A stretch of 64,000 bases of DNA from Cystobasidiomycetes sp. EMM_F5 (taxonomy: Eukaryota): NCBI GenBank assembly GCA_051047955.1, contig JBPGPT010000037.1:1-64000 (forward strand), given 5' to 3'. A program made the translations under genes and the position numbers. The stretch's first letter is position 1; each line of letters opens with the position of its first letter. Positions 39,001 through 52,272 of this stretch are shown here, one piece after another. The notes under the pieces are model-generated. The model did not search any database. It saw only the letters and a list, made by a program, of their open reading frames with translations, and had not been told where the DNA came from.

Positions 39001-40884
39001 GAGTTTTCAGAGCGTCGAGGTCGAGGCGCAAGAGTGACGGGAGGGCGTCGGCGATAGCGAGTGCGAGAGGTGTGTAAAGGACGAGCAGAGACACGGAAAT
39101 GAATGCGACAACGAAAGATCTCAATCATGTCAGCTCAGCCCTGGTGCCCAAATCGCTTCGCTTAGATCCTTGTGGGACCAAAAGACCCTCCCAAACGGTC
39201 ACCGGCTCGCAGTGACCCTCCGCTCAGAGACACTCCGAGGTTGTGCGCGAGCAATTCAAGGCAGACAGACTCACCAGCTCGACTTTGTTGCTGCTCGTCG
39301 TCTTCCATGTGGGCGGGCTACCGAGCCGCTGTCGTTGCTTCCATTCGATATTGAGGTTGGATCTGCCGTCGCTCGAGGTCGCGATGCGACTCGGCAAAGT
39401 GCCCAGCAGCGAGAGTAACACGGTGCAGCGATGTCGAGGTCTGCGTCGCAGCTTGCGGGTGTGCTCTGATGTGTCAGGCCTCAGTACAAGTGTCGACTTT
39501 TCGGATACCCGCTGTGGGCGTGCTGAGCTGTTTGCCTGTCTCTGAGTCTGCATCGCGATGCCGAGACTTTTTGACTCTGCAATTTGGGGAAGATATCACC
39601 GCAGCGACCTACACGACTGGCGTGGTCAAAGGTGTCTGCAGCTCCACGCCTCGCACTGATGGACTGTCTGCGCTCACCACTCGCAATTCCTGCTTCCTCA
39701 CCATAGTCTGACCCTCCCTCAATCCCGAATTTGTGCTGACATTCGCCTCGTCCCTGATTTTCGCACATCCAAACCTGCTAATAACCCCTAGGGACAAGAT
39801 ACACACAGCTTTGGCAAGTCTGGCAAGTCAGACTTCTTTGCGAGCCCGTACAGAGGCATCTGAGTCGCGTAAATTGGGGGGATGACCGCGTCTCCGCTTT
39901 CCGACGTCATCCCAGCAATCCAGGCAATTCGAGCAGGATAAGCAGGAACGCGTACACACAAGTATATGGCTAGTCACGTCTCCTCTACAAACTATCCTTC
40001 GCATGAATTAAACCTGCACGCGTATCTCTGCTGATTGATTAGAGGTGAGCATCTCAGACCCTGCTAAATGCAACCACCACGTCGCGCCTGGAATAGCAGC
40101 ATCTTGGAATCATTGCGTCAATATGCGTATGCGTCCTCCTTGTCAATCACAGCACGAACAGATATCGCTCCTTGTACCGCTCCGCAATCTTCAACTTGCA
40201 AGACTCGTAAATACAATAGCGCTTCACTGCAGTTCTAGAATGATTGTTGAAATGCGAGTAGAAGTGCTTGTCGCTTTTCATCGAGACGCCCTTTTTAGTC
40301 GGTGTTGTCATTGTCGCGGTACAGCATTCTGTTGATCTACGACGGACCTCCACATCGACATCGCGAAACTGCGCTGCAAATGCTCTGGCAGTCTCATTGA
40401 GCTCTGAAGCAACCGAGCACAGGCAGTCACGGCCATCGGCTCGCTCGCTCATCGTCACCTCGAAGGTTATACTGGTATACAGCGGGAGGTTCGGTTGTTG
40501 TCCGACCTTTCAATACTGACAGTACAGGCCAATTCCGGGCCAGCAGACGCGGTATGGCTTGTATATCATATTTCAGGAATGCGAGTGTACTAATGTAGCT
40601 TTCTCATCTCTCTGACGCTGTGCAGATTAGTCCGACACCTTTTGCAAACTACGCCCGGTTGGCACCTTTGTACGACTTGGCCGACCCGACATTCGTCATT
40701 CACGACGGTAGCTGTGTCGATTCCTTGCATACTATTCAAACACATCTCGCTGTTGGGCCGCATCCGCCCTCTGCCAGAGGAGCCAGCAGCCTGCTCGCGT
40801 ATGTGCTCCTGAGCGGTCTGCCAAACATATCGCGACACGGCAACGACGAGTATTGACGACATTGCGAGCAGCGGGACTTCCAAC

Positions 40885-43645
40885 ATGGCGACTGATCCAC
40901 AAAATGCTTCCAGTTCCTCCATCTCCGCTACATCGTCCTCCTCTGGTTCTGGCTTAGATGCGAATGCCCATGTACCCCTGACGCTGGGTCAAGCCAGCAC
41001 TTCCACATCACACAACGCAACCGCCACTACCACCACTCCAACATCTACAGCTACAAGTGCACTCTGGCGCTTTGCATCATGGGCTAGTCCTGCCAAACGT
41101 ACAAAACTACCATCAAAGATTACACTCCCATCGTCGGTCATTGTCAAGCCTGCTGAAGCGACTAGCGTCGGCGTTATCTTCAACGAACGGGATGGCGCAA
41201 ACACTCCATTACCTCGCGAGGATGGAAAGCTATCGGACGGGACTGCTCCTCCTCCTTCTGCTCGGCTCGCTGTCGACGACGAAGGAGTGAGCATGCTTGA
41301 CGCGTCTGGTAAAGTCGGTAAGTCCAACTAGCTCACAAGTCATGCTACATGGCTGACTTTTATCACGCTAGACTTTCTGAGCTCCCTGCCTTTGGAGATA
41401 AGCTTGTATCTCCTGCTCTTCATCGATTATCAAGACTTGTGTAACGCCATGCGGGTGTCGAAACTCTGGCACGACCTGGCGGGCGGCAAGTGATTCCGTA
41501 AAGCTGCTACAAGCCGTGTCTGACAATGTTTGTGTATATGACAGACCCTGTTGTCTGGCGGGAGCATTTTTATGGAAATCCAGGCTGGCACGTCAGTCCT
41601 GCGTATCTCGAGTCTGCGCATAACCTTGTCAGCAACTCGCTTTCACCACTCACTTCACCACATTCTCGGGAGAATGGCTTGAGCTCGCGCTATCAGACTC
41701 CTACGCGACAGCGTTGCAGTACGACTGTCACCAGCGATGGCAGCATTGCACAGCGTATCGGACGTAGGATAGGGGATTTGATGAGCGAGATGAGCTATCT
41801 TGCCATTGGCCAACCTAAATCACCTACAACACCGACACAGCACGCCTCGCAACAGAGTGCGGCTGAATCCTTGGCTGCCCTGCTCAATACTGACTCTGTG
41901 CGAGACGGAGCCCCACATTCTCGATCCCGTTCTGCCACTTCTACCTCTCATGCCTCTGCTGGACCAGCAGCTTTCCTCGCCAATGTCACTCCTACTCGTC
42001 CAGCGCTAGGAATACATCGCCTTTCTACCAACCAGTCCGCCTCGGGAGCGGCGCAAAGGCGGCTGTCGACATCGCTCGACGCAGCAGCTGCCGTGGCTCC
42101 AATGTCTCTTCTTTCGGGACTGGGAGTCTCCAATGAGGGGACGCCATCCCTGACCGCAGTGGCCAGATATCGTAGCGTCAGCGGCGGAAACCCGACTGCC
42201 TTTTCGCCATACCAGTCATATCAGCGCCCAGCTTCTCCGTCTGCATTACGCAGCGCCGCGGACGATTCGATGCTGATGGTGACTGCGCAAGAGACGAGGA
42301 ATGCTCTTCGGCTAGACTGGAGAGGCCTTTACAGGGATCGGCGTATCCTTGAACAGCGCTGGAATGACGGTAGCTTTGTCACGAGGAGTTTCAAAGGACA
42401 TCTGGTATGCTAATGAGACAGGGCGAAGTCACATGATTGATGCTCATTTGTTTCTCATAGGACTCTGTTTACTGCGTCATCATCAGAGGCAATGTTCTCC
42501 TGTCAGGATCCGTAAGTAAACTTTGTCCTGGCAACCCCTATCTCAATCTAGCTGACAAAGCTCCATAGCGCGACAAGACCATCAAGTGAGTCACTTGGTA
42601 ACGCTTCCCCGCCGGTCACTGACGAGCACTTCAGACTATGGGATCTGACAACGGGAGAGTTACTCAAGACAATCGAGAAGCACACGGCAAGTGTCCTTGC
42701 CATCCAGATCGAGTGCGTGAGGGGTAATTGATGTCATTGACGCGACACTGACCCATCGTTGTAGTGCCACTACAATGGCAACGGGCTCTTCGAACGGCGA
42801 GCTATTCGTATGGGATGTCGATGACTGGGAGGTGACCACCCGCCTCTCTGGCCATTCTGCTGGTGTGCTCGATGTTCAAATGAACGAGACGTACATTGCT
42901 TCTTGCTCGAAGGATACATCTATCCGTGTATGGCGCCGAGACACTCTGGAGCCCTATCGAATCCTCTCTGGCCATCGCGGACCTGTCAATGCTATTCAGC
43001 TGTGGCAGAACACGATCGTAAGCGCCTCTGGTGACGCTACTGCCAAGCTGTGGGACATTGAGACGGGTCAGACACTCCGCGTCTTCAAGGGCCATGAAAG
43101 AGGACTGGCTTGCACACAGTGAGCACATTGACTCCGTATGGAGTGGGCGTCTCTTGACGTTGAGGCGATTCCAGATTCAATGGCGATGTTCTCATGACTG
43201 GCAGCAACGATAAGACTATCCGTATCTGGGATCCAAGCACTGGCGAGTGTCTCAAAGTCCTGAAAGGTCACAAAGACCTCGTACGTACTCTGGCGTATGA
43301 TCCCCTACGCAGGAGAATCTTTAGCGGGAGCTATGATCGATCGTGAGTCTTTACGCTATGGAAGAGAATGACAGCCACCGGTGTGCTCAATACTGACAAT
43401 GTTATCGCAGGACACGACTATGGGATCTTGACACTGGAAATCTAAAGATGACTTTCAAGACGAGCCATACAAGGTGAGACGGGCTGGATGGCTACTCAAT
43501 ACGATGCGTACTGAATGCTGATGTCTTGTCCAGTCTCGTCTTTGATGTGGGGCTAGACGTGTCCCGCATCATCAGCTGCTCCCACGATAAGCGTATCGTC
43601 CTTATCGATTTCGGTGAAGGCCTCGAGGCCAGTCGATTCATGTGA
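40885..43645 (+). CDS. F-box/WD40 protein (beta-TrCP/FWD-1/Cdc4-like SCF substrate receptor)
   Basis: F-box DFLSSLPLEISLYLL...RVSKLW; WD40 repeats GH.DSVYC, GHSAGVLD, GHRGPVNA, GHERGLAC and GHKDLVR; many short introns. Confidence 0.9.
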
Positions 43646-43989
43646 AGTGGTGAGAGATGGCTTGTCAGCAGTTGCTGCGATAAGTGAGCATCTAGGATAA
43701 ATAGTCTGAAGGAGCCTTACCAGCCATCGCTGCGGTATCTCCGCAATGCCTTCCTACTTCGTTGTTCGACGCACGTCTATCATTCGAGGCTCCCCAATGC
43801 TGAATGTGCTTTGCAATATGCTTTGCGATATGATTGTAGCTGTTGCCTGCTAGTCCAAGTCCGTTGTGCGCACTTGTCGCCTGGCTCATCTCCGGCGCTC
43901 TCAAAGATAGGGGCCGGCTTGAGATTACGTCGTTGGGGCATTACAACCAACCTGGCTTGACTTTGAAGATTAGTGACAAGCTGCACAAG

Positions 43990-45503
43990 ATGGGACTATT
44001 CAGTAAGAAGGAAAAGAATGTGATTCCCGAAGTAGGGCGACCTGGCATGGCGCCGCGCGAGAACAGCGCTCGGGGCAAGCCTGGAGAGCCGGATACTGAA
44101 GTGCGGGACCGGCGGTACACTGGTCGACAAGCTCCATCGTACAACCCACAGGCGACACCGGGAGCGTATGGCAACTATGGCAATTATGGCGCGGGCGGTG
44201 GGGTTGCTGGTGGTGGTCAGCCGCAACAGCAGCCGCCAATGATGCAACAGAATGCTGGACCAGGCTATGGCTCGTATGGCAATGCGCCTGCTGCTGGACC
44301 AAATGCCTCACAAAGTAACTATGGCTACAACCAGCCAGCTGCAGGCCAAGATGCAAGATCTCAGCTGTTGGCCGGCGCTCGTGCTCCCAACGCAAAGACG
44401 GGAGCGGCGTTCGATGAGTACAGCGGCGCAAGCAAAGCGTCTGGGCGATACAAGGCCCCAACTGGCGGTGCAGAGTATGGTGATAATGCAGAGTATGGAG
44501 ACAGCGGGAACGGCAATAATGCAGAGTATGGCGATTCTACCGGCGGGGAACAGGAACAGGCAAATGAAGAGGACGATGAGGTGTAGGTCGCACGCAGGTG
44601 CCGTAGCTTTTTCAACCTCACTGACTTACTCTGCGTGTACAGTGAGGCAATCAAGCAGCAGATCCGATTCACCAAACAAGAGTCCTTGTCGACCACACGC
44701 AATGCGATCCGGACAGCACAAGAAGCGGAAATGACTGCTTCAAACACTCTGGCTCGTCTAGGAGAACAGACTGGTATGTTTGAAAACCACGTTATGTCTG
44801 CATCGGCCAGTTGCTAAGCTCCCTTTAGACCGCATTGCGAATACCGAATTAGCCCTGGACAAGGCGAAGGGATACAATTCTCGTGCAGCGGATGGCGCAA
44901 AGGAGATTGCCAAACTCAACCAAAGCATCTTTAGGTGAGTTGTCGATCTGTCTTTGAAGCCAATGAGCTGGTGCCGACGAGGGCGACGTGCAGACCTACA
45001 TTTACCTTCAACAAGGAGCTGAAGCGAAACGCCGAGGAGCAACGTGTTCTCGCTCGTCATTTGGAAGAGAAGAATGAACGAGAGGAAGCTCGCAAGGCCG
45101 CCTACGAATCGCGTGTGCGGGTCGAGCAAGGTTTCCAAGAGGCTGAGAGGAGCAACAAGTTTGGCAAGGGCAAAGGAGCATCTGCACCTACCGGAAGGGC
45201 GAAATGGGAGCAAGGCGGTCGGTACCAATTCGAGGCGAGCAACTCGGACGACGAGCTCGAGCAGGAACTCGATAACAATTTGGATGAGATTGCTGCCATC
45301 ACTGGCAGACTCAAGATTCTTGCTGGTACAGCTGGCAAAGAGATTGACGCGCAAAACAAACATCTTGATCGTATTGGCGGTAAGGTGGATACTCTCGACG
45401 ACAAGATTACGATGAATACGAGCTATCTCAAGAGAAGTGAGTGCTGAGATGGTACTTTGTAAGAAGGACCTGCCGTTGATGGTTTACGTTTGCAGTCAAG
45501 TGA
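43990..45503 (+). CDS. SEC9: Sec9/SNAP-25 Qbc t-SNARE
   Basis: IKQQIRFTKQESLSTTRNA, TLARLGEQ, LNQSIF.P, YQFEA..DDELEQELDNNLD and EIDAQN. Confidence 0.93.
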
Positions 45504-46495
45504 AGTTGTCTCTGTGCTCGACTATTTCTCCGCCGGAGTCTCACGCGCTTCCCTTGGAACATAATTCATCGAACTCTTGGCTTCGGTTCAGCCCCAGAGA
45601 CGACGTCCGTTTGTGACTATCACATGTAGTGATTGAGGTTCCGTATCATCTGGTATGTTATGCAAGTCTCACATACGTCTTCCGCTTTTGAATGCCATTA
45701 TTGATCTCCACGTTCTGGTCGGACTTTGTCGCTGCAAGTTTCAATGTGCTGACTACCTGCGGATGTACGGACTACGCTAGACTACGTTGTAGATCGCTGT
45801 TACAATGTCGCAATGCGACTAGCTTGCCTCGACTCCACATTGCCTCTCGCCCGCATTTGGCAGTCGGGGCGGACCCTGAAATGAGGCCTGGCCTGGTTTG
45901 TTACAACCCGGCAGTGAAGGTGAGCGCGACCGACGGCAACGCGGATGCCAACATAAACTGCGGTTTCGACCACGATAATTACTGCTGCAAACGACGAGGG
46001 AGAACGCTGTAGCAACTGCTGCACGGGCGTCTGCTCGTCCTTTGATACAAAGTAGCCGCGACAAGCCACATTCAAGGCCTGAAACGGATCCTTTAAAACA
46101 GCAAGCCAGCGAGCCAACGGGCATTCCGGAGACTGTGCTCTACCATCGTACCCTCCGTGGTCATCGTGCCCGTCACTCTGCTCGCCTGCTCACTCCAGCG
46201 GCAAGATCCCAACGCGATTCGAAGACTGTCGGACCGCTCGCGAAGCTCGGCCAGCAAAGACTACGACGAGTCCCGGAAGCAGCGAGGCCATAGGACGTGC
46301 TCTTGACGTTCCCGAGAGTCCCAGCCATCTGCTGCACAGGTGGCTCGGCGCGATTAGCGAGTGGTAGCCCGCCATTACTTTGGGGATTCACCAACGCGGC
46401 AGGGCAGGCAACCAAGCTCATCTCTGATTCGACTCGTTCTCGCTCGGTAGACACGGGATATACGGCAACCAACTATCGCCTCAGACTCTTCCACC

Positions 46496-48226
46496 ATGGG
46501 CAGCTGCATGAGCTCGTCGGCGGCTGAGGAGCCCCGGGGCGATGGATCCGAAAACAAAAAGGACCAGAGAGAACGCTCGTATCAGATTGACAAGCAGATT
46601 GAGGAGGATAGCAAAAAGTACAGGAAGGAATGCAAGATTTTACTCCTAGGTGAGTCTCGAATGCCATTCAAAGAGGTCTCGCCGGCAATCATCGTACGCA
46701 ACCCACGTCCTGCCCTGCTGCATCGTGCACAGCGCATCACTTCACCTGTGGTCATTCAACGCCGCTGTCGATATGTCCAAAGAATGGTCGTACGACAAGT
46801 CGCCGTACTAGCGCTCGTACTAGTCCAGGGATCAGCGTGGCGATAGTCTGGCCAGAGACAACTGTATCCGAGATCTGCGTCGTTGACATTCACATATTGG
46901 TGCAAGGTGCATGACTGACAATAACTGTTTCTCACTTGTCGCATTATGTGGAAATGTGGCTACAGGCTCTGGGGAATCTGGCAAGAGTACAGTCGTCAAG
47001 CAGATGAAGATTATCCACCAAAACGGCTACAGCAAAGATGAATTAGTACTCTGTAGAGCAACAGTGTACAAGAGTGCGTCAACTCTTCTTCTGTAGATAC
47101 CTATAACTGCGCTGGAAGTAGATCTGATTCGCTATCCTGCAGATGTCATGGATTCAGCTCAAGCGTTAGTCATGGCGCTCCGAAAATTCAAGATGGAGCC
47201 CCTAGAACCCGTAAACAGAGTGTACGCCGACAAGATCATGGACTATCGGCTGGAATACTCGCAAAACTTGGCAACGGAAATCGTGAGAGCAGTGGAATCA
47301 TTATGGCACGATCCCATTATTCCGTCAGTCATGGATAGGAGTAGCGAGTTCTACCTCATGGATTCGGCTTCCTAGTGAGCTTGATCAAAAAGCCAGATTG
47401 CAACAGGCTAATATCGAGTCGGCTACACAGTTTCTTTGACGAAGTCGCGCGGATAGGCTCAACTGAATATGTACCAAACGAGACAGACGTGCTGCACGCT
47501 CGAACAAAAACGACGGGCATTAGCGAAACGAAGTTCCGGAGCGGGCAATTGAGCATACAGTGAGTCTGTTTGTGCATGTGCTCTATTTCTGCACTGGGGC
47601 GCGGGTCTGACGGACCTTGAATTTGAATTGCCAAAACAGCATGTTTGATGTCGGCGGACAGAGAAGTGAACGGAAAAAGTGGATACACTGCTTTGAAGCT
47701 GTCACGTCCATCATCTTTTGTGTTGCGCTGTCAGAATACGATCAAGTACTACTGGAAGAGTCTGGACAAAACAGAATGGCCGAGAGTCTAGTCTTGTTTG
47801 AGTCAGTCATCAACTCACGGTGGTTCTTGCGGACGTCTGTAATTGTGCGTATTTCTCGATATCACTCAGGATGGCTGAGGCTAAAGACCGCTTCATCGCA
47901 GCTATTCCTCAACAAGATCGATCTCTTCAAGGTCAAGTTACCCAAAGTTCCTTTGGACAAATACTTTCCCGAGTACACTGGCGGCGCGGACGTCAACAAA
48001 GCTGCCAAATACATCTTGTGGCGGTTCACTCAACTGAATCGAGCGAGATTGAGTATATATCCGCAGTATGTTTTCCCCAATGACAGTCATGTGAATGTTT
48101 TGCTGATTGAGTTTTGCATAATCTAGCTTGACGCAAGCGACAGATACCGGCAACATCCGTTTGGTCTTTGCAGCCGTCAAGGAGACTATCCTGCAAAACG
48201 CGCTACGAGACTCCGGCATTCTTTGA
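46496..48226 (+). CDS. Heterotrimeric G-protein alpha subunit, fungal group III (Gpa3/Gpa1-like, cAMP pathway)
   Basis: MGSC lipidation start, [30 protein letters not shown] and C-terminal [11 protein letters not shown]. Confidence 0.95.
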
Positions 48227-48991
48227 GCATGCCTTCTACCCTACTTCGATGTGGACGAGCTGTACTGTCACCAATCTCGCAACAGCCTCCCATTTCGCTA
48301 TCTGCAATTGCAAACATGGGACGCACTACTACTCAAGCTGCTCATCCTTTCCCCACAGCGGACAAGTCTCTAGTCACCCACCACGATAAGGCAGTTTCAG
48401 CAGTAAACGAAGTTCTGCAGTATACGTGGACCACCTCTTGCCTTGCTTTGCGAAAGTCTACTCGGCGTCAGCTCCTGTACCTCGAGGAGCTCGGACACGT
48501 TGCAATTTCCCTAGAATCTGGCATGACTAATGACATTGGGCAAGGCCGGCCGAAGCGGGAGGAATGCCCCCGTCGGCATGACTGTCTTGACAGATCCGTA
48601 CGCAGTACGCATGCGCGCCTGTAGAGCGCAGTCAGATTACGTTTCGCAATGAGGAACTATAATATTTGTTGTTGTAGCAACAGCAGCAGCTGTCTTTCGT
48701 GTCGATCCGTGTAAAACATATGTGCTGAAGAATTGATCTGTCATATGGCCTTGGTAAACACGAACTTGCGGACCATGTATGAACAGGGTTACCAGTAATT
48801 ATAGAAGACAGATGTACGAATATTCCCTTGACTGCGACAAGCTGTCTCATACAACAACAGATGATACCCACGATACAAGAATGTGAGATACTCAACCTGA
48901 ACATACACTGCTAAGGAGCCAAGAGCAAGAGCAGGGAAAACAGCCGAATTATCACTCTTTGCACACCCGTGAACGACGCGGAGGTCAGAAT

Positions 48992-51900
48992 CTAAGCGAC
49001 TTTCTGGATTTTGAGCGCCACGGTATGACTACTGTCGTCGGGTGCAGATCTCTTCAGTCCTTGTCCGGAGGACGGTGCACCGGGTGGTGCAGGTGAAGCG
49101 GATGCTGAGACAGACTGTGCAGGCTGCCGTGAAACTGTTGCTGCCTTCTCTGCCTTCTTTCGCTTCTTGAGTTCCTGCTTGAAGTAGTTGACAACGAATG
49201 CTTGAAGTATACTCAGCGCTGACTTCGTCTCCAGCGTCTGTAGATTTGCAAGCTGCTGCGGAGTGAGTGCAGCGAAAATTGTGGGTGAGAGGTACATTTT
49301 AGACTCGTGCATTGCTATCGGTGGATAGCCGTCCGAGTCGACCATACCGGCAGCATCATTGGAAGATCCCGCTACGGCAGGCTGGGCAGGCTTGGCGTAG
49401 GATGAAGGCGGTCGGGACACTACGATTGGAACGGTGGATTTGGGCTGGGAGGTCGGTGGCACTTGTCGAGCAGGAGCAGTAGCGGATAATGCACTGGTCG
49501 GAGCCGCATCACCGACGGCGCTCACTTTTACGGGACTTGGTACTAGAGAAGGAGAGTGTGTGAGCTTTGCAACGGAAGTCGGTGTAGCCGCCGACGGAGA
49601 ATTACTAGGAGCTGCTGATTGTTCGATGGGCGGAGGGAGGAAAGTATTGCCATCGAAGAGTCTGCTTTGTTCAGGTTCAATGGCCCATAGAGCCACGCCT
49701 GTAGGTAAGGGAATATTGATGAATGCGCGATTGACAGCCAGATCTCGCCTGACAGCAGCCTGAACAAGACACCCGTCAACCAGAATGAGAGTCAGACACC
49801 GACACGGAAGACAACGAGACAGATCAACTGACCTGTAATGCTTGCACGTGTTCTTTGAAGAATGGATACCTCTCGGGCAACCATGCAAAAATATGCTGCA
49901 AGGTCGCTTGTTTAGTAGGGGTATCGAATATCGCCTGTGCAATAAGGGCTGCATAAGTGTATGGCGGCTTGTCAGACTTTCCTTGAAATTGGTTTGTAGC
50001 TGTCCACTGCGGTTTTAGTGGGGGTGTGGGGACAGTAGCTACCGGAACGGATGCGGTCAACTGCCTCTCTTGCAGAGGGATATTGTGCTGGGCTGTGTGC
50101 AGATTAACAGCAGCTGCCTTGGCAGCAGCAGCTCTAGCCTGCGCCTGAGCTTGCTTCTCCTTGTCTGCCCGCTCGCGCTCCGAGCGTTCTTTCTCGGCTT
50201 TTTGGGCATCCTTCTCGAGCTTCTCTTTTTCCGCCTTTTCCCTCTCTGCCTGCAAACGTTTCTGCTCGGCGTCTTGCTTCTTGTGGCCTTTCTCTTGCTC
50301 TTTCGCAAGCCGCTCGGCCTTCTTGCGTTCCTTTTCGGCTTCCTTTTCAGCCTTCTCCCTTTCTTTTTGGGCAGCCTTTTCCTCCTTTAGCCGAAGCCTT
50401 TCATTCTTCTTGGCTTCAGCAGCCTCTTTCTTGGAGAGCGATCGATTAGAATCCCGTATTTCTGTAGTTGCCTTGCTTTGCGGTCCTGAGAGTTGACTTT
50501 TCGCAGATGCCGATGCCGGCGCAAGTGGTGCATCTCCAGATTCGCTTGCGGCCCCGGTAGCTTTGATTTTCTGCACACCTTTCTTTCCGATCCGACCTTT
50601 TCCTGTCGCACTCTCATCGTTTTTCGCTTTGTTGGCCGACGAATGCTTTAGTTTGACCAGCATAGGTCGCCTCGTCTGGCCTACGACCGGCCGTGATCGT
50701 GTAAGTTGTTGTGTTGTGTCATTTGCAGCTGTTTCCAGCTGTATGCTATCGTCATCGTCGTCGGACATTCGGCTCTTGTCATCATCCGACCTCAATTCAG
50801 CAGAGTCGGAACCGTAAACAAGCTGACCATGCGCTGTCGGGGATGGAGAACGTTCTGGAGTAGGGGGATAGGCGTGCGTAGCTGTGTAGTCGACCGACGG
50901 CTGTGGTGGGTAGCCATAGTCGTACATGTCATCGTCATTGTCTATACTGGGCGACTCTGGTGCAGAAGCGTAGGGCACATCGTTGGGTAGAACAAAGTGA
51001 AATATCCGTTCTGCAATCTGAATGCGTGATCTGTGGCCAAGAGGAAATCAGTCCAAAGTCCATAGAATTTACAGATTGTCCGCTTCGGCATACCGGTTTG
51101 CCAAACGCACGATCTCGCCCTTGGCTCTCCACTTGCCATTCAAGACGAGCCCGTTTCGACCACGGACTTCGATTGACCATCCATTACTCTTTGAGGCATC
51201 TACCTTGTCGTCGAAGAAGAGGCGTGCATGATCCCTGCTAACGGCTTTGATGGCACCGAGGTCAACATCGACATGTACCTTGTTACCTTGGTACCTTTCT
51301 ACAGTTGTGGGCATTGCTTGTTCTGCATCTCTGTGTGCGGGTTCCGGTGTGGATTGCCGATCCACTTTTGAGCCCGCAGGCGACGTAGGATGTTCCAAAG
51401 CGGCAGATGCGGACGCTCCTCCGACATCTGAAAACGGTCCTGTCGTAGTCTCTTCGCGCTTCATGCTTGTAGCCGTTGCATCATTCTCCTCTGAAGCGGT
51501 ATTTGGCTTGGCTAGAGCTTCGGCAGACTCGTCGAGACTGGCCGCGGACGACTGTTTGGATACATCTGTGGATGTGTTTACGGGGTTACTGCCTTTAGTG
51601 TAGCTCGTACGGGCCTCGCCTTTCAACCCGGTCGTTACCGCACCGTCCAAACGAGGCAAGTCGTCGACGTTGATCTCCTGCTTGACCAGCTGGCCAGCGG
51701 AGCCAGCCGATCCATCCGGAATACTGTTTACACTCTGCTGCTGCTGCTTGAGTTCGCTGGGTTGCCTGGATGGGGGTGGCCGTCGCCCAATAGTGACTTG
51801 GAGTTTCTGGATGTAAAAGTTGAAGAATGGAAACTCGAGCTTTGCGTAGGCCTGTATACGTTCTGGGGCGGTTACAATGTGGTCGTCGCTGTCGTGCTCG

Positions 51901-52091
51901 ACGTCGCTGGTAGTGTCGTTGGCTGGCTGGGCCTTGTCGGGCAATAGTGCTGCTGAGGCTGCCGACAGCTCTGACACGGCCATATCCTCCTCGACCTTGA
52001 CGCTGCCATTGCTCCCAGCGCCGTCTAGCACGACGGGTTGCTCTCTCTCGAGCTTTTCCTGCATGATTGGCGTGCACTGTTTGGCGGGCAT
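48992..52091 (-). CDS. FHA + forkhead domain transcription factor (Fhl1/Fkh-like); start codon uncertain
   Basis: FHA: AYAKLEF...VTIGRR...VDVDLG..KAVSRDHA...GRNGL. Forkhead: KPPYTYAALIAQAI...IFAWL..RYPFF. A K/E-rich coiled coil lies between them. Confidence 0.85.
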
Positions 52092-52272
52092 GGGCAAATC
52101 ATGGTGAGCTGCGAGTCGCCGGGCAGTACTAGCAGCCCTAGCGAGTGCTGAAAGTAGCACGCTTGCATGGCTCAGAGCGCGACATGGTGTTGCGTGTTTG
52201 TTGCTTTATCAAAAGCAGGTTTGATTGATTGCTTTCTTTTTAAACTAGTGAACACATTAGCAACAGCATGAC

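Noticed and set aside
40147..40458. 103-aa minus-strand ORF in the long spacer
   Set aside because: No motif or supporting splice pattern; cannot be supported without expression data.
44470..44537. Three GCAGAGTATGG copies
   Set aside because: A coding micro-repeat (AEYGD) in the low-complexity Sec9 N-terminus; not a CRISPR or mobile repeat.
50150..50430. CT-rich periodic tract
   Set aside because: Reverse complement of the K/E/A-rich coiled coil of the forkhead protein.
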